Source of the DNA: Spirochaetia bacterium
Lineage (GTDB): Bacteria; Spirochaetota; Spirochaetia; SP-2023
Direction of reading: 5' to 3'
Assembly: GCA_965225855.1 (NCBI GenBank)
Contig: CBDDCK010000005.1
Span: forward strand, 576,001-640,000
DNA: 64,000 bases
Part shown: positions 29,938 through 38,952 of the stretch, in pieces
How positions within the stretch are numbered: the first letter of the stretch is position 1
Layout: every line of letters begins with the position of its first letter
Notes under the pieces: generated by a model
What the model was told of the DNA's origin: nothing
What the model saw: only the letters and a program-made list of their open reading frames with translations
Database searches by the model: none
Program-made: the position numbers and the translations under genes

Positions 29938-30011
29938 TGGGCAATATCGGATTCGAACCAATGACCCCCTGCTTGTAAGGCAGGTGCTCTAACCAGCTGA
30001 GCTAATCGCCC
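29938..30011 (-). tRNA. tRNA-Val (TAC)
   Basis: Reverse complement GGGCGATTAGCTCAG...CCTGC-CTTACAA-GCAGG...GGTTCGAATCC...TTGCCCA. Confidence 0.95.
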
Positions 30012-30043
30012 TAAAATAAATTAGAAACAAATAATTTTCGACA

Positions 30044-30072
30044 CTTATAATGTTGGCAATAAAACTTGTCAA
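30044..30072 (-). promoter_or_regulatory. Promoter for tRNA-Val
   Basis: TTGACA-17 nt-TATAAG on the minus strand. Confidence 0.6.
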
Positions 30073-30243
30073 TACTTTTATCATAATTTCATTGTAATAT
30101 TTAATTTTTTCTTAAAGTTAAAATTTTTTGCATTTTTTTATCAATAATGTCAAAATTTATATTGCTAAGATTATTACAAATTTGTATGATAAGCTAAACT
30201 TTAATAAGTAAAATTGCAAAATTATCATTTGGAGGTTATTTTA

Positions 30244-31122
30244 GTGAAAAAGTTTGAAAAATTTTTTTGCTTTCTTTGTATTATATTTTTGCCTTTGGGT
30301 TTATTGCCCTTAGGTTTATTTGCGCAGCAAGTATCGTCAGCATCGTCAGCACAGCTGAAAGATATAATGAATGGCGACTATTCAGAAGATAGTCACTTTA
30401 AAAAGATACAAAAACGTGGTGTATTAATTGTAGCCATTATACAAAAAGATCAATACCCGTTTTTTTATAAAACTAAGGCAGGCAGCCTAGTTGGATTGGA
30501 CATCAAAATTGCGAAGAATTTAGCTGAGAGCTTACAAGTAAGACTACAGATCGATCGAACAGCAAAATCTTTTAACGATTTAATTCCTTTAGTGGAAACA
30601 GGGGAAGCAGATATGGCCCTTTCTAAATTAAGTAGGACACTGGTCCGATCTCGCAGAGTACTTTTTAGTAATCCTTACATAGTTTTTCGCCAAGCCCTTT
30701 TGGTAAACCGTATTGAATTGGCAAGAGTGAGCTCTAGTGATGCCGAAACAAAAAATGTGATCCGAGACTTTGCGGGAAGTTTGGGAGTGATTGGTAATTC
30801 ATCATACGAGCAATACGCGAAAGTGAATTTTCCACAAGCAGAGATAGTCTCTTTCCCCACATGGGAAGATACTCTGCAAGCCGTTGCTGATTCTAAAGTT
30901 TTTGCTATTTATCGAGATGAAATGGAAATCAGCCGATATATTAAAGATAATCCGGCTCAAAACTTCTATTTCCAGTCTGTGGTTATTGACGATAGACAAG
31001 ACCCTATTTCTATTGCCGTGCCCGCTCAAGCGCAACACTTTTTGTTCTATTTGAACCTATTTTTATTGACTTTAGATTTTTTGCCAAAAGACACATCTGA
31101 GCTGTTAAATAATTTTGGCTAG
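30244..31122 (+). CDS. Amino-acid substrate-binding protein (SBP family 3)
   Basis: IQKRGVLIVA, YPFF, GLDIKIAKNLA, FNDLIPLVETGEADMALS, FSNPY; signal peptide; GTG start after GGAGG. Confidence 0.87.
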   Translation: MKKFEKFFCFLCIIFLPLGLLPLGLFAQQVSSASSAQLKDIMNGDYSEDSHFKKIQKRGVLIVAIIQKDQYPFFYKTKAGSLVGLDIKIAKNLAESLQVRLQIDRTAKSFNDLIPLVETGEADMALSKLSRTLVRSRRVLFSNPYIVFRQALLVNRIELARVSSSDAETKNVIRDFAGSLGVIGNSSYEQYAKVNFPQAEIVSFPTWEDTLQAVADSKVFAIYRDEMEISRYIKDNPAQNFYFQSVVIDDRQDPISIAVPAQAQHFLFYLNLFLLTLDFLPKDTSELLNNFG

Positions 31123-31165
31123 ATGTAAAAAACTAAAGATACTTATTTTTCAATACAGGAATTTT

Positions 31166-32479
31166 ATGATTACTAAATTTTTAAAGCACCCCTCTACTTC
31201 ATTTTTGGCTATTTTATTGGGGGTGATCTTCGGTATTTATTTTCCCGAAAATGCCAAAAATATGAAGGATCTTGGTAGTACTTATGTGCTATTAATCCAA
31301 ATGACTATTGTGCCAATTTTGGTTTCAGCCATCATTGCCGGTGTGGGTCGTTTTATCCAAGACCCTAAGTTTGTTGATATTCTCTCTCGAGCATTGAAAG
31401 CCATTGCTGTTGCAATGATTATTACTGTGACTTTAGCTTTGAGTTTAAGCTTCATTCTGAAACCTGGTTCTCTATCAAAAGAAGGTTCGGATTTCCTATC
31501 TATTTATATTGGAGATCAAATAGATATTGTTAGTGTAAATTTAGATGAGAGAGTAGAGACAGAATACACAAAAAGTTTAATCGGTACTTTTTTTGAATCG
31601 CTTATTCCCGCTAATTTTTTCAAAGCTTTATCAGAAGGAGAGACTTTATCTCTAGCATTTTTTTCTATTCTTGTTGGTATTGCTGCTGGTTTTTACCAAA
31701 TGCGTTGTGTAAAAATTCATCGCAAAGAAGATGACAAAGATAATCAAAAAACTCTATTTAATAGTCGTGAGCTATTAGGTCTTTGCGATAATGCCTTTGC
31801 AGTTTTTCAGATAATAATTAGTATTGTTTTAATTATACTTCCTGTTGCTTTAGTCTTTATCACAGCGGCTATGGTCGCCGAAAATGGTTTAGGTGTTTTT
31901 GCTGCAGCGATTCGCTTGATTATTTCGTTCTATGTCCTTAGCTTTCTTTTCGTACTATTGGGGACTTTGCTTTTGTCTTTAACATCTAAAATAAGTTTTA
32001 TGAAAGCTTTACGCATGACTTTGAAACCTGCATTTTTGGGTTTTGTGACAAGGACAAGTATGGCAACCATTCCCACTGCTATTGATAGTTTAAGGAAAGA
32101 AATAAACATGGACGGAGGTTTGGCAAAACTTTTAGTCTCGTTATTTTTTGTATTGTTTCGTTATGGCAACCTTATCTACTTTTCAGTCGTTACTGTTTTT
32201 TCGCTTCAAATATACCAGATTGATTTCGGGATAACTGAGATGATTGTCTTAATTTTAGGTTTAATCTTTGCCAGTATTGCAACAGCAGGTGCTTCCGGTT
32301 TTGCCACTTTAAACGTAATTTCTATTGCTTTCATGCCTCTAGGTATACCTATAGAAACAATTTTGATTATTTTATATGCAATTGATCCAGTTATCGATCC
32401 AATGAGAACGATGTTAATTGTACATACCAATGTATCTGTTGTTGGTTTTATTGGAGGAGAAAGAAATCGCAAATTGTAG
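31166..32479 (+). CDS. Dicarboxylate/amino acid:cation symporter (DAACS/SDF)
   Basis: LIQMTIVPIL, LIPANFFKAL, FVTRTSMATIP, ASIATAG, AIDPVIDPMRT. Confidence 0.87.
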   Translation: MITKFLKHPSTSFLAILLGVIFGIYFPENAKNMKDLGSTYVLLIQMTIVPILVSAIIAGVGRFIQDPKFVDILSRALKAIAVAMIITVTLALSLSFILKPGSLSKEGSDFLSIYIGDQIDIVSVNLDERVETEYTKSLIGTFFESLIPANFFKALSEGETLSLAFFSILVGIAAGFYQMRCVKIHRKEDDKDNQKTLFNSRELLGLCDNAFAVFQIIISIVLIILPVALVFITAAMVAENGLGVFAAAIRLIISFYVLSFLFVLLGTLLLSLTSKISFMKALRMTLKPAFLGFVTRTSMATIPTAIDSLRKEINMDGGLAKLLVSLFFVLFRYGNLIYFSVVTVFSLQIYQIDFGITEMIVLILGLIFASIATAGASGFATLNVISIAFMPLGIPIETILIILYAIDPVIDPMRTMLIVHTNVSVVGFIGGERNRKL

Positions 32480-32611
32480 TCTTCAAGTGCATCACCAAAA
32501 GTATATCTCTTAAAACAGAAAGTAATCATGCTGAAATACAGAGTATAGTAGTTTATCGTATCTCAGCATGATTTTAACAAACAATTTTAACAAACAAATT
32601 GGGGAAATTTC

Positions 32612-34912
32612 ATGACTTTTGAAGAAAAATTTAGCCTCCTCTATTTATCTGATGTAGAAAAACAAGACATGTTCAAAAAGCAACAGAAGAATATATCAGA
32701 TTCATCTATATCTCTTAGCTTTTTTTTGCTCTTGTGTAACGTATTTTTACTGTTGTGTTTTTTTTTAGCCGTATTATATTTGCTTAGTTTACAAAATAAT
32801 ACGACGACTTTACGCTCTAATTTACAAATACAAGGTGATGTTTTGCGCCAAGTAAATCAGCGTATATCTTCATATTTTGATAATGCATCAAAGCATTTGA
32901 TGTTTTTTTATAATCTTTTATCACAGCAATTTTTTGGAACATCTGAACTTGAAGAAGATGTTTTTTTTAGCTTTGGTGAGAATTTCCTCAAGATAGAATC
33001 CGAAATAAACGCCATTTATTTTGGGAATGACAAAGGAGACTTTTACATGGTAAAACGAATAATTGATGGGGGTGGGCAAAAAATCGGCCGTAAAAAAGTT
33101 ATTAATGACGGGGGAAAAATAATAGAGAGTTGGTCTTTTTCTGATGGGGCAAAAATGGTCTATTATCCTGAATTTTTGGTAAATTCTCTTGATGATGGTT
33201 ACGATCCTAGAACCAGAGATTGGTATAAAAATGCACAAGATACAGAAAATGCCTGGTATGGTCCGTATCCTTCTTTTACCGATGAAACAGTGGGTATGAC
33301 GGGTTCTGTAAAACTATCCTACCCAGGAGGAATAACAGGTGTTGTGGGCATTGATATCGATATCAATAGATTGAGTTATTTTTTGAAAAAACTACCTTTT
33401 GCAAAAACAGGCTCAATAGTTATCAAAAATCCTAAAGGGGAATTAATTGCTATCAGCGATAGGACTAATAAAAATTATAGTCTCACTCAAATTAAATTTG
33501 ATGTTGCTAGTAACACTCAATTTGTCGCACTTCAAGGAGTCTCGGAGTTGGATAGTAGCCCAGAAATGAAACTGTTCTCCAAAAAAATATTATCCTTAAC
33601 TTCTAAGGAGCTTGAGAGTTTTTCTACTTGGAAACAGAACTTCCTCGATAAATTATTGACAATATTTTTTCCTCGCAGTTCTAAAAGTTTAAATATCCGC
33701 AATATTTTGCTTCAGGGAATTATCTATGGTGATATTTTCTTAAACGAAAAAGAATATTTATTCACATATCAACCACTTAAATTGTTTGGTGACGACATTA
33801 CCTGGCAAGCTTATACGCTCACAGATGCTTTGAGTATTAGTAATTCTTTAGAGCATTTAAGTAAAATTATTACTTATATATTTATATTTTTTATGTTGTT
33901 TATTATTGTGGTACTACAAAATGTATCCCGAACAATCACAATTCCTTTAAGTTTACTTTCTCAAATGATGAATAATTTCAGTAAAAGACTGGCTTTAGAT
34001 GTGAGTTTTAAAAATAGCTCTATAGTGAAAATCAGTGAAATAGAGAACATTGGTAGTGTATATAATAACCTACAAAATGGTTTCCGTTCATTTAAAAAAT
34101 TTGTGCCCGATGTTGTTGTCCGTCGCTCTATGAGTAATGAGCCTTTGGATAATGGTATGGATAAAAGAAATATATGTATCTTATTTTCAGATATTGAAGG
34201 GTTTACCTCTATTTCGGAACGGACAAATCCTGAAGTTTTATGTCAATGTTTGGATATTTATTTTTCAATGATGACCGAGCAGATTGGATTCAACAATGGT
34301 CTGATCGATAAATTTATTGGTGATGCCATTATGGCGTTATTTGGAGCCTTAGGAGATCCACAAGATGATCGTATTATTGTTCAAAATGCCATTACTGCGG
34401 CTCTTGGAATGCAGAGGAAAATGATAGAAATTGACAAAAAAATTCAAGAAATTGATTCTGGAATATCTATACGTACTCGGGTTGGTATCAGTATGGGAGA
34501 GTCCATGGTAGGTATTATGGGCTCAAAAGAACGTTTAAATTTTACTGCTTTGGGTGATCGCGTTAATTTAGCAAGTCGACTAGAGGCTATTAACAAAGAA
34601 TATGGTACTACTCTTATAGTTTCAGAAAAAAGCAAATTACTAACCGAAGATATATTTTTCTTTCGCTACTTAGGTTGTATCCGTGTTCGTGGCAAAATAG
34701 AAGCTGAAAAAATTTATGAACCTATAGGGTTATTAGATGAAATATCTGAAAATGAAAAGAATTACTATATAAATTTTGGTAATCTACAATCAATTTTAGA
34801 AAAAGATAGTTCGGAGCAATCCCGTAGTAAGGCTGTTAAGCTCATGTCAGAACATTTTTCTAATATATCTGACCCTGCCTTTGAAAGGATTTTGAAAAAA
34901 TATGGCTTCTGA
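32612..34912 (+). CDS. Membrane class III adenylate/guanylate cyclase with extracytoplasmic Cache-like domain
   Basis: TM; YDPRTRDWYK, WYGPY, GVVGIDI (Cache); TM; ILFSDIEGFT, DKFIGDAIMA, GDRVNLASRLE. Confidence 0.9.
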   Translation: MTFEEKFSLLYLSDVEKQDMFKKQQKNISDSSISLSFFLLLCNVFLLLCFFLAVLYLLSLQNNTTTLRSNLQIQGDVLRQVNQRISSYFDNASKHLMFFYNLLSQQFFGTSELEEDVFFSFGENFLKIESEINAIYFGNDKGDFYMVKRIIDGGGQKIGRKKVINDGGKIIESWSFSDGAKMVYYPEFLVNSLDDGYDPRTRDWYKNAQDTENAWYGPYPSFTDETVGMTGSVKLSYPGGITGVVGIDIDINRLSYFLKKLPFAKTGSIVIKNPKGELIAISDRTNKNYSLTQIKFDVASNTQFVALQGVSELDSSPEMKLFSKKILSLTSKELESFSTWKQNFLDKLLTIFFPRSSKSLNIRNILLQGIIYGDIFLNEKEYLFTYQPLKLFGDDITWQAYTLTDALSISNSLEHLSKIITYIFIFFMLFIIVVLQNVSRTITIPLSLLSQMMNNFSKRLALDVSFKNSSIVKISEIENIGSVYNNLQNGFRSFKKFVPDVVVRRSMSNEPLDNGMDKRNICILFSDIEGFTSISERTNPEVLCQCLDIYFSMMTEQIGFNNGLIDKFIGDAIMALFGALGDPQDDRIIVQNAITAALGMQRKMIEIDKKIQEIDSGISIRTRVGISMGESMVGIMGSKERLNFTALGDRVNLASRLEAINKEYGTTLIVSEKSKLLTEDIFFFRYLGCIRVRGKIEAEKIYEPIGLLDEISENEKNYYINFGNLQSILEKDSSEQSRSKAVKLMSEHFSNISDPAFERILKKYGF

Positions 34913-35666
34913 ACATAATAATAATGGCAAAAATATTATCGGTATAGTAGGTGGAATTGGGCCAGAAGCCGGTGTATATCTCCATAACAAGATTGTAAAG
35001 TTGACCAAGGCAAAAAAAGATCAAGAACATTTTTCAATTATTCATATGGCCTATCCGCATGAAATTGTCGATCGTAGTAGTTACTTGCTCGATCCCCAAA
35101 ATTATACCAACCCTGGGATTGCTGTTTATAATATCATTGAAAGATTGTACAGAAGTGGTGCGCAAGTAATTGGTGTGCCATGTAATACCTGCCATGCCCG
35201 TCCTATTCTTGACTTGGTGGAAACCAAGGTTCGTGAGAATCTACATTCAAAAATTACTTTGTTAAATATGATTTACGAAGTTTACAAAGAAGCGGTAAAA
35301 AAATACAAAAAAGTAGGATTATTAGCCACTTTGGGAACGTATAGCTCACAATTGTACCAAGAGATTTTTCCATCACAAATAGAAATTTTACATCCTATTA
35401 GCCAGCAACGCTGCCAACGTGTTCATCAAGCTATTTATGATCCTAAACTAGGTATCAAAGCAAACGCTGGCTTGTTAAAGAACGATTTTGCACAAACCAT
35501 TTTCATCGAAGAAATAGATTCTATGGTAGAAAATGGGGCAGAAGCAATTATTATGGGATGTACCGAAATTCCAATAGTTCTGCAACAATCCGATGTGTCT
35601 GTGCCATTGTTCGATCCGACAGCTATACTTGCCCAGTCATTGATTGATTGGGCAAAAAAAAAATAA
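34902..35666 (+). CDS. Aspartate/glutamate racemase family (cofactor-independent amino-acid racemase)
   Basis: GIVGGIGPEAG, PCNT and GCTE (both catalytic Cys), GLLATLGT; start overlaps the cyclase end. Confidence 0.9.
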   Translation: MASEHNNNGKNIIGIVGGIGPEAGVYLHNKIVKLTKAKKDQEHFSIIHMAYPHEIVDRSSYLLDPQNYTNPGIAVYNIIERLYRSGAQVIGVPCNTCHARPILDLVETKVRENLHSKITLLNMIYEVYKEAVKKYKKVGLLATLGTYSSQLYQEIFPSQIEILHPISQQRCQRVHQAIYDPKLGIKANAGLLKNDFAQTIFIEEIDSMVENGAEAIIMGCTEIPIVLQQSDVSVPLFDPTAILAQSLIDWAKKK

Positions 35667-35681
35667 AGAATAAAGAAATTT

Positions 35682-36197
35682 TCAATTTACAAGTAATTTT
35701 AAGAAAAACTTCTTGGCCATTTTTTTTGCGGATATTTCCTCGCTGGCACTGCTCACGGCATCGAAATTTTGCCCAATCATAGATTTCAACACAGGGGGAA
35801 CTGTTTCTTCTTTTAATAACCAGAGTCCTAGATGAATTTTTTGTTTTTTCAGCAAAGGTTTTATATTTTTTAATCGATTTTCCAGCGCAAGATTATAATC
35901 TCTTTTATATAGGATCAATGCCAGAGCATCTCCTGGCAACAATGACTTTAATAAATTTTCTAAAGCCTCAGACTGAAATCTTGGCAACGTATTAGAAACC
36001 AGTTTTGTTCGTTCTTTTCGGGTATATTTCCCTGCTGCTGTTTTTAGATGAAAGGAAGTACTCCACTGCATTTCACCGACATACAAATAAAGAGTTTGGC
36101 CAGTCAATTGGGTGAAACAACTGATAAAGATGAACCAGGTAAAAAAGATGCTCAATCGAGAAGACTTTAATTCAAAGCTGTATTTTTTGGGTAACAC
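35682..36197 (-). CDS. Hypothetical exported protein
   Basis: 171-aa ORF with GTG start after GGAGG and an N-terminal hydrophobic segment. Confidence 0.55.
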   Translation of the reverse strand: MLPKKYSFELKSSRLSIFFTWFIFISCFTQLTGQTLYLYVGEMQWSTSFHLKTAAGKYTRKERTKLVSNTLPRFQSEALENLLKSLLPGDALALILYKRDYNLALENRLKNIKPLLKKQKIHLGLWLLKEETVPPVLKSMIGQNFDAVSSASEEISAKKMAKKFFLKLLVN

Positions 36198-36681
36198 TAT
36201 TCAACCTCCACTGTAAATTTTAATGAAATTTATTTGATAGCCTGGAAAAGATTATATGAAACAATCATCTAAGTTTTGTGTGTAAGTGTGCAACGAGCAT
36301 AGCAAAAACACAAAAAAACACAAACGTTTCGTAAGCCAAATTTAGGTAAATTATTTACTATTTTGTTCATGGTGAAAATATTGCCCAAGCGCGATAAATA
36401 TGCGGCTGTTTATACCAAAATATTAAAAATACCATCAATTTATTTTAGCAAGATTTGCAAGAAAATAGTCGAGATAAGTATTAGCGAATCCTAACAAGAA
36501 GAGAGTTTTGAGGTAGATCAATATTATTGAGCAGGGCGTAGGATGCGAGGTAAAAAGACTGGGCGCAGCGGGCAAGACGCGGGCATTGGGTTTGCTAAAA
36601 GAGAAGAAAAAATTCATATAAAATATTGCGATAAACTATAGTAAGGCAGAACTGCCTTCGATATTCGTTATGAAACGATAT

Positions 36682-38406
36682 TTATCTCACCAGAAAAAAT
36701 TGACGATTTAGGTAATTTAAGCGTTCAGAGGCTTTCTGACTATATTCATCGACAGAATGATTGATCTGTATGTTGTTGTACGAATCTTTTGCTTTGCGCA
36801 GGTTTTGATGTTCGCCCGGCTGTTCATAGAACAACCCCATACTGTAGAGAATTTCCGGTTCATTCTGATCCGAATAAGAATTTACATAAGTTTCGTAAAA
36901 ATCTAAAAGATGGGCAGCATTTTTACTGTCTGTAAAAATAACAGCTGTTTGTGCCGTGTTGGGGCTTTTTTTGAACAGAGTAGTAAATATGTTGGCAAAA
37001 TCTTCAGAACCAATTTGCCTTTCTTGTAGCGGTTGGTTTTGTTCATTTTTCGCTTGCTCTAAAAATTGCGGTAGCCATTCCAACAATTTTTTAGAATCAA
37101 ATGAATTAGAAAGTGCTTTGGTTATACCTACTAGAGCTTTGCTTTGTAAATAACCTTCAATATTTGCGTTGCGCTGCCACATATTTACGGCTTGCTCGTT
37201 CATGCCGGCATCAAAAAAATATTGAGCAGCCGTATCATAAATTTCACCACGCTCACGCTCAGGCCAACTACTTAGGGTTTGATAAGCTGCATCGAATTCT
37301 CCATCTTCAAGCATCTGCCGTATATCGGAAATTACTTGGCTGGTAATACGGTAATTAATATCTTTGTCAATATTTGATATCTTTGATAAATTATTTTTTG
37401 TTAAACTACTTGGGCTGGCATTGTTGCCCAGTTGGCTGCTTGAAACATTTGGGCTTAAAGTATTATTTTTTATAATGGGTGCTGCAACCATATTTTGATA
37501 ATTGCTGCGAGAGTCTTGGCCTTGAATTTGATACTGGAGGGCCGGTTTTTCTACGATGATTTCGGCATTGTAGTATTCCAATTTGCCTGTGCTGGGAAAC
37601 TGCCGTGAGAATGTAAGAAAATAACGGCCAACAGCAGGAAATTCGAAGCGAAAAGATGTTTTCAAATTGCCTAATTCTCGTTCAAATTCAGGCTTGCGTG
37701 GATATTCGCTAAGCCCTGGTATGTAAGTCCAAATTAAGCCATGCAAAGAAACGTGGAAAGATTCACCAAAAGGGATTGTTTTGGAAACATTGGTTTGTTT
37801 ATTTGGGGTGCCACGTTGCACCGTATTATTCAAAGTGTTTAGCGATTGCGCCTTTGCTAATGTTTGAGATTTTTGGGTCTTGGCGTTTTTTGCAGAAGAG
37901 ATATTTTTCTTTTCTGTTCTTTGTGATTTTTTTGCCGGTGGTGTTCTTTTGGGGGTTGTTTTTTGAGTTGGTATGGTAGGAGTTAATCTACGTGGCGCAA
38001 ATTTTAACGTTCTATCAGCTTCAGCAGTGTTATTGTTATTGTTGCGGTTTGCTTGGTTTGTTTTTGCTAGTGTTGGAGGTTCTTGAGGTTTGGAGATAGC
38101 GGCTTTTGTTTGTTGTTGGCTTTGTTGCTCTATTGGTTTTGCCGCTGTTTCATTATTTGACTTTGTATTCAACTGTAAAGGTGTTGCAGAAAGTTGGCGA
38201 ACCGCTTCGAATTGTTGCTGAATGTCATCTTGTGAAAAACCATTTATGCCAAGCCCGGGAATGCTTTTATCTAACTTTGTGTTGTCCTCTTGATTATTCT
38301 GGGCATTCAATAGCCAGGCAAAATCCAGATACAGAGCAAAAATAAACAGACAGAAATAAAAAAGCGGGGAGAGTTTAGTTCCCGTAAGAATTATCAATAT
38401 TTTCAT
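36682..38406 (-). CDS. Hypothetical exported protein, low-complexity N-terminus and TPR-like helical C-terminus
   Basis: 574-aa ORF; signal/TM; Q/T/N/K-rich linker; C-terminal LYSMGLFYE...NLRKAKDSY...ASERLNYL. Confidence 0.7.
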   Translation of the reverse strand: MKILIILTGTKLSPLFYFCLFIFALYLDFAWLLNAQNNQEDNTKLDKSIPGLGINGFSQDDIQQQFEAVRQLSATPLQLNTKSNNETAAKPIEQQSQQQTKAAISKPQEPPTLAKTNQANRNNNNNTAEADRTLKFAPRRLTPTIPTQKTTPKRTPPAKKSQRTEKKNISSAKNAKTQKSQTLAKAQSLNTLNNTVQRGTPNKQTNVSKTIPFGESFHVSLHGLIWTYIPGLSEYPRKPEFERELGNLKTSFRFEFPAVGRYFLTFSRQFPSTGKLEYYNAEIIVEKPALQYQIQGQDSRSNYQNMVAAPIIKNNTLSPNVSSSQLGNNASPSSLTKNNLSKISNIDKDINYRITSQVISDIRQMLEDGEFDAAYQTLSSWPERERGEIYDTAAQYFFDAGMNEQAVNMWQRNANIEGYLQSKALVGITKALSNSFDSKKLLEWLPQFLEQAKNEQNQPLQERQIGSEDFANIFTTLFKKSPNTAQTAVIFTDSKNAAHLLDFYETYVNSYSDQNEPEILYSMGLFYEQPGEHQNLRKAKDSYNNIQINHSVDEYSQKASERLNYLNRQFFLVR

Positions 38407-38438
38407 GAATCGTTATTTTACTGAAGAAAAAATTTTTG

Positions 38439-38861
38439 TTAAGGTAAATTTTGGAGTTGCTGTTTTAACCGTTCCCGATTTTCTTGACGTAATTCTTTAA
38501 GTGTTTTCTGGTCAGTATGATCCCAATATTTATTTAACTCATCGGTGTCCCATTTGTTTTTTGGTTTACGCAAAGGGTAGAGTTTTTTCATTTGAAAAAT
38601 TCCATCATTTTGCAAGATAAAGTCTTCAATGTTGGGGTTAAAAATTGGATTTTGCCCTTCAATGTAGTATTTACCTTGTTGGATTTCTTTATTGAGTTCA
38701 ATCGTCTCTTGAATCATGGGTAACACTTTACTTGCTACAATAATGATTGTGGTTATAACAATAGCTATAGTATACCATAGTATAAATTTCAATGTAATAG
38801 GGTTTTCGCGTTTGACAATGTTTCGCAAAGATTGCCAGAGCTCGAGGAGCTTCATATTCAA
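38439..38861 (-). CDS. Hypothetical single-pass membrane protein
   Basis: 140-aa ORF with one TM segment, co-oriented with neighbours. Confidence 0.65.
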   Translation of the reverse strand: MNMKLLELWQSLRNIVKRENPITLKFILWYTIAIVITTIIIVASKVLPMIQETIELNKEIQQGKYYIEGQNPIFNPNIEDFILQNDGIFQMKKLYPLRKPKNKWDTDELNKYWDHTDQKTLKELRQENRERLKQQLQNLP

Positions 38862-38952
38862 TTTCCTCTTGTTTAGGGACTAAAAGGCCATATTATTGTG
38901 TATAACTTATATTTGGGCAAGTCTTAAAAGCTATGGTTTGAGAGTAGTTTAT

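Noticed and set aside
29938..36200. Integrated island with att site at tRNA-Val
   Set aside because: The cluster lies on the 5' side of the tRNA, and I found no duplicated tRNA end or integrase; only the AT-richness is suggestive.
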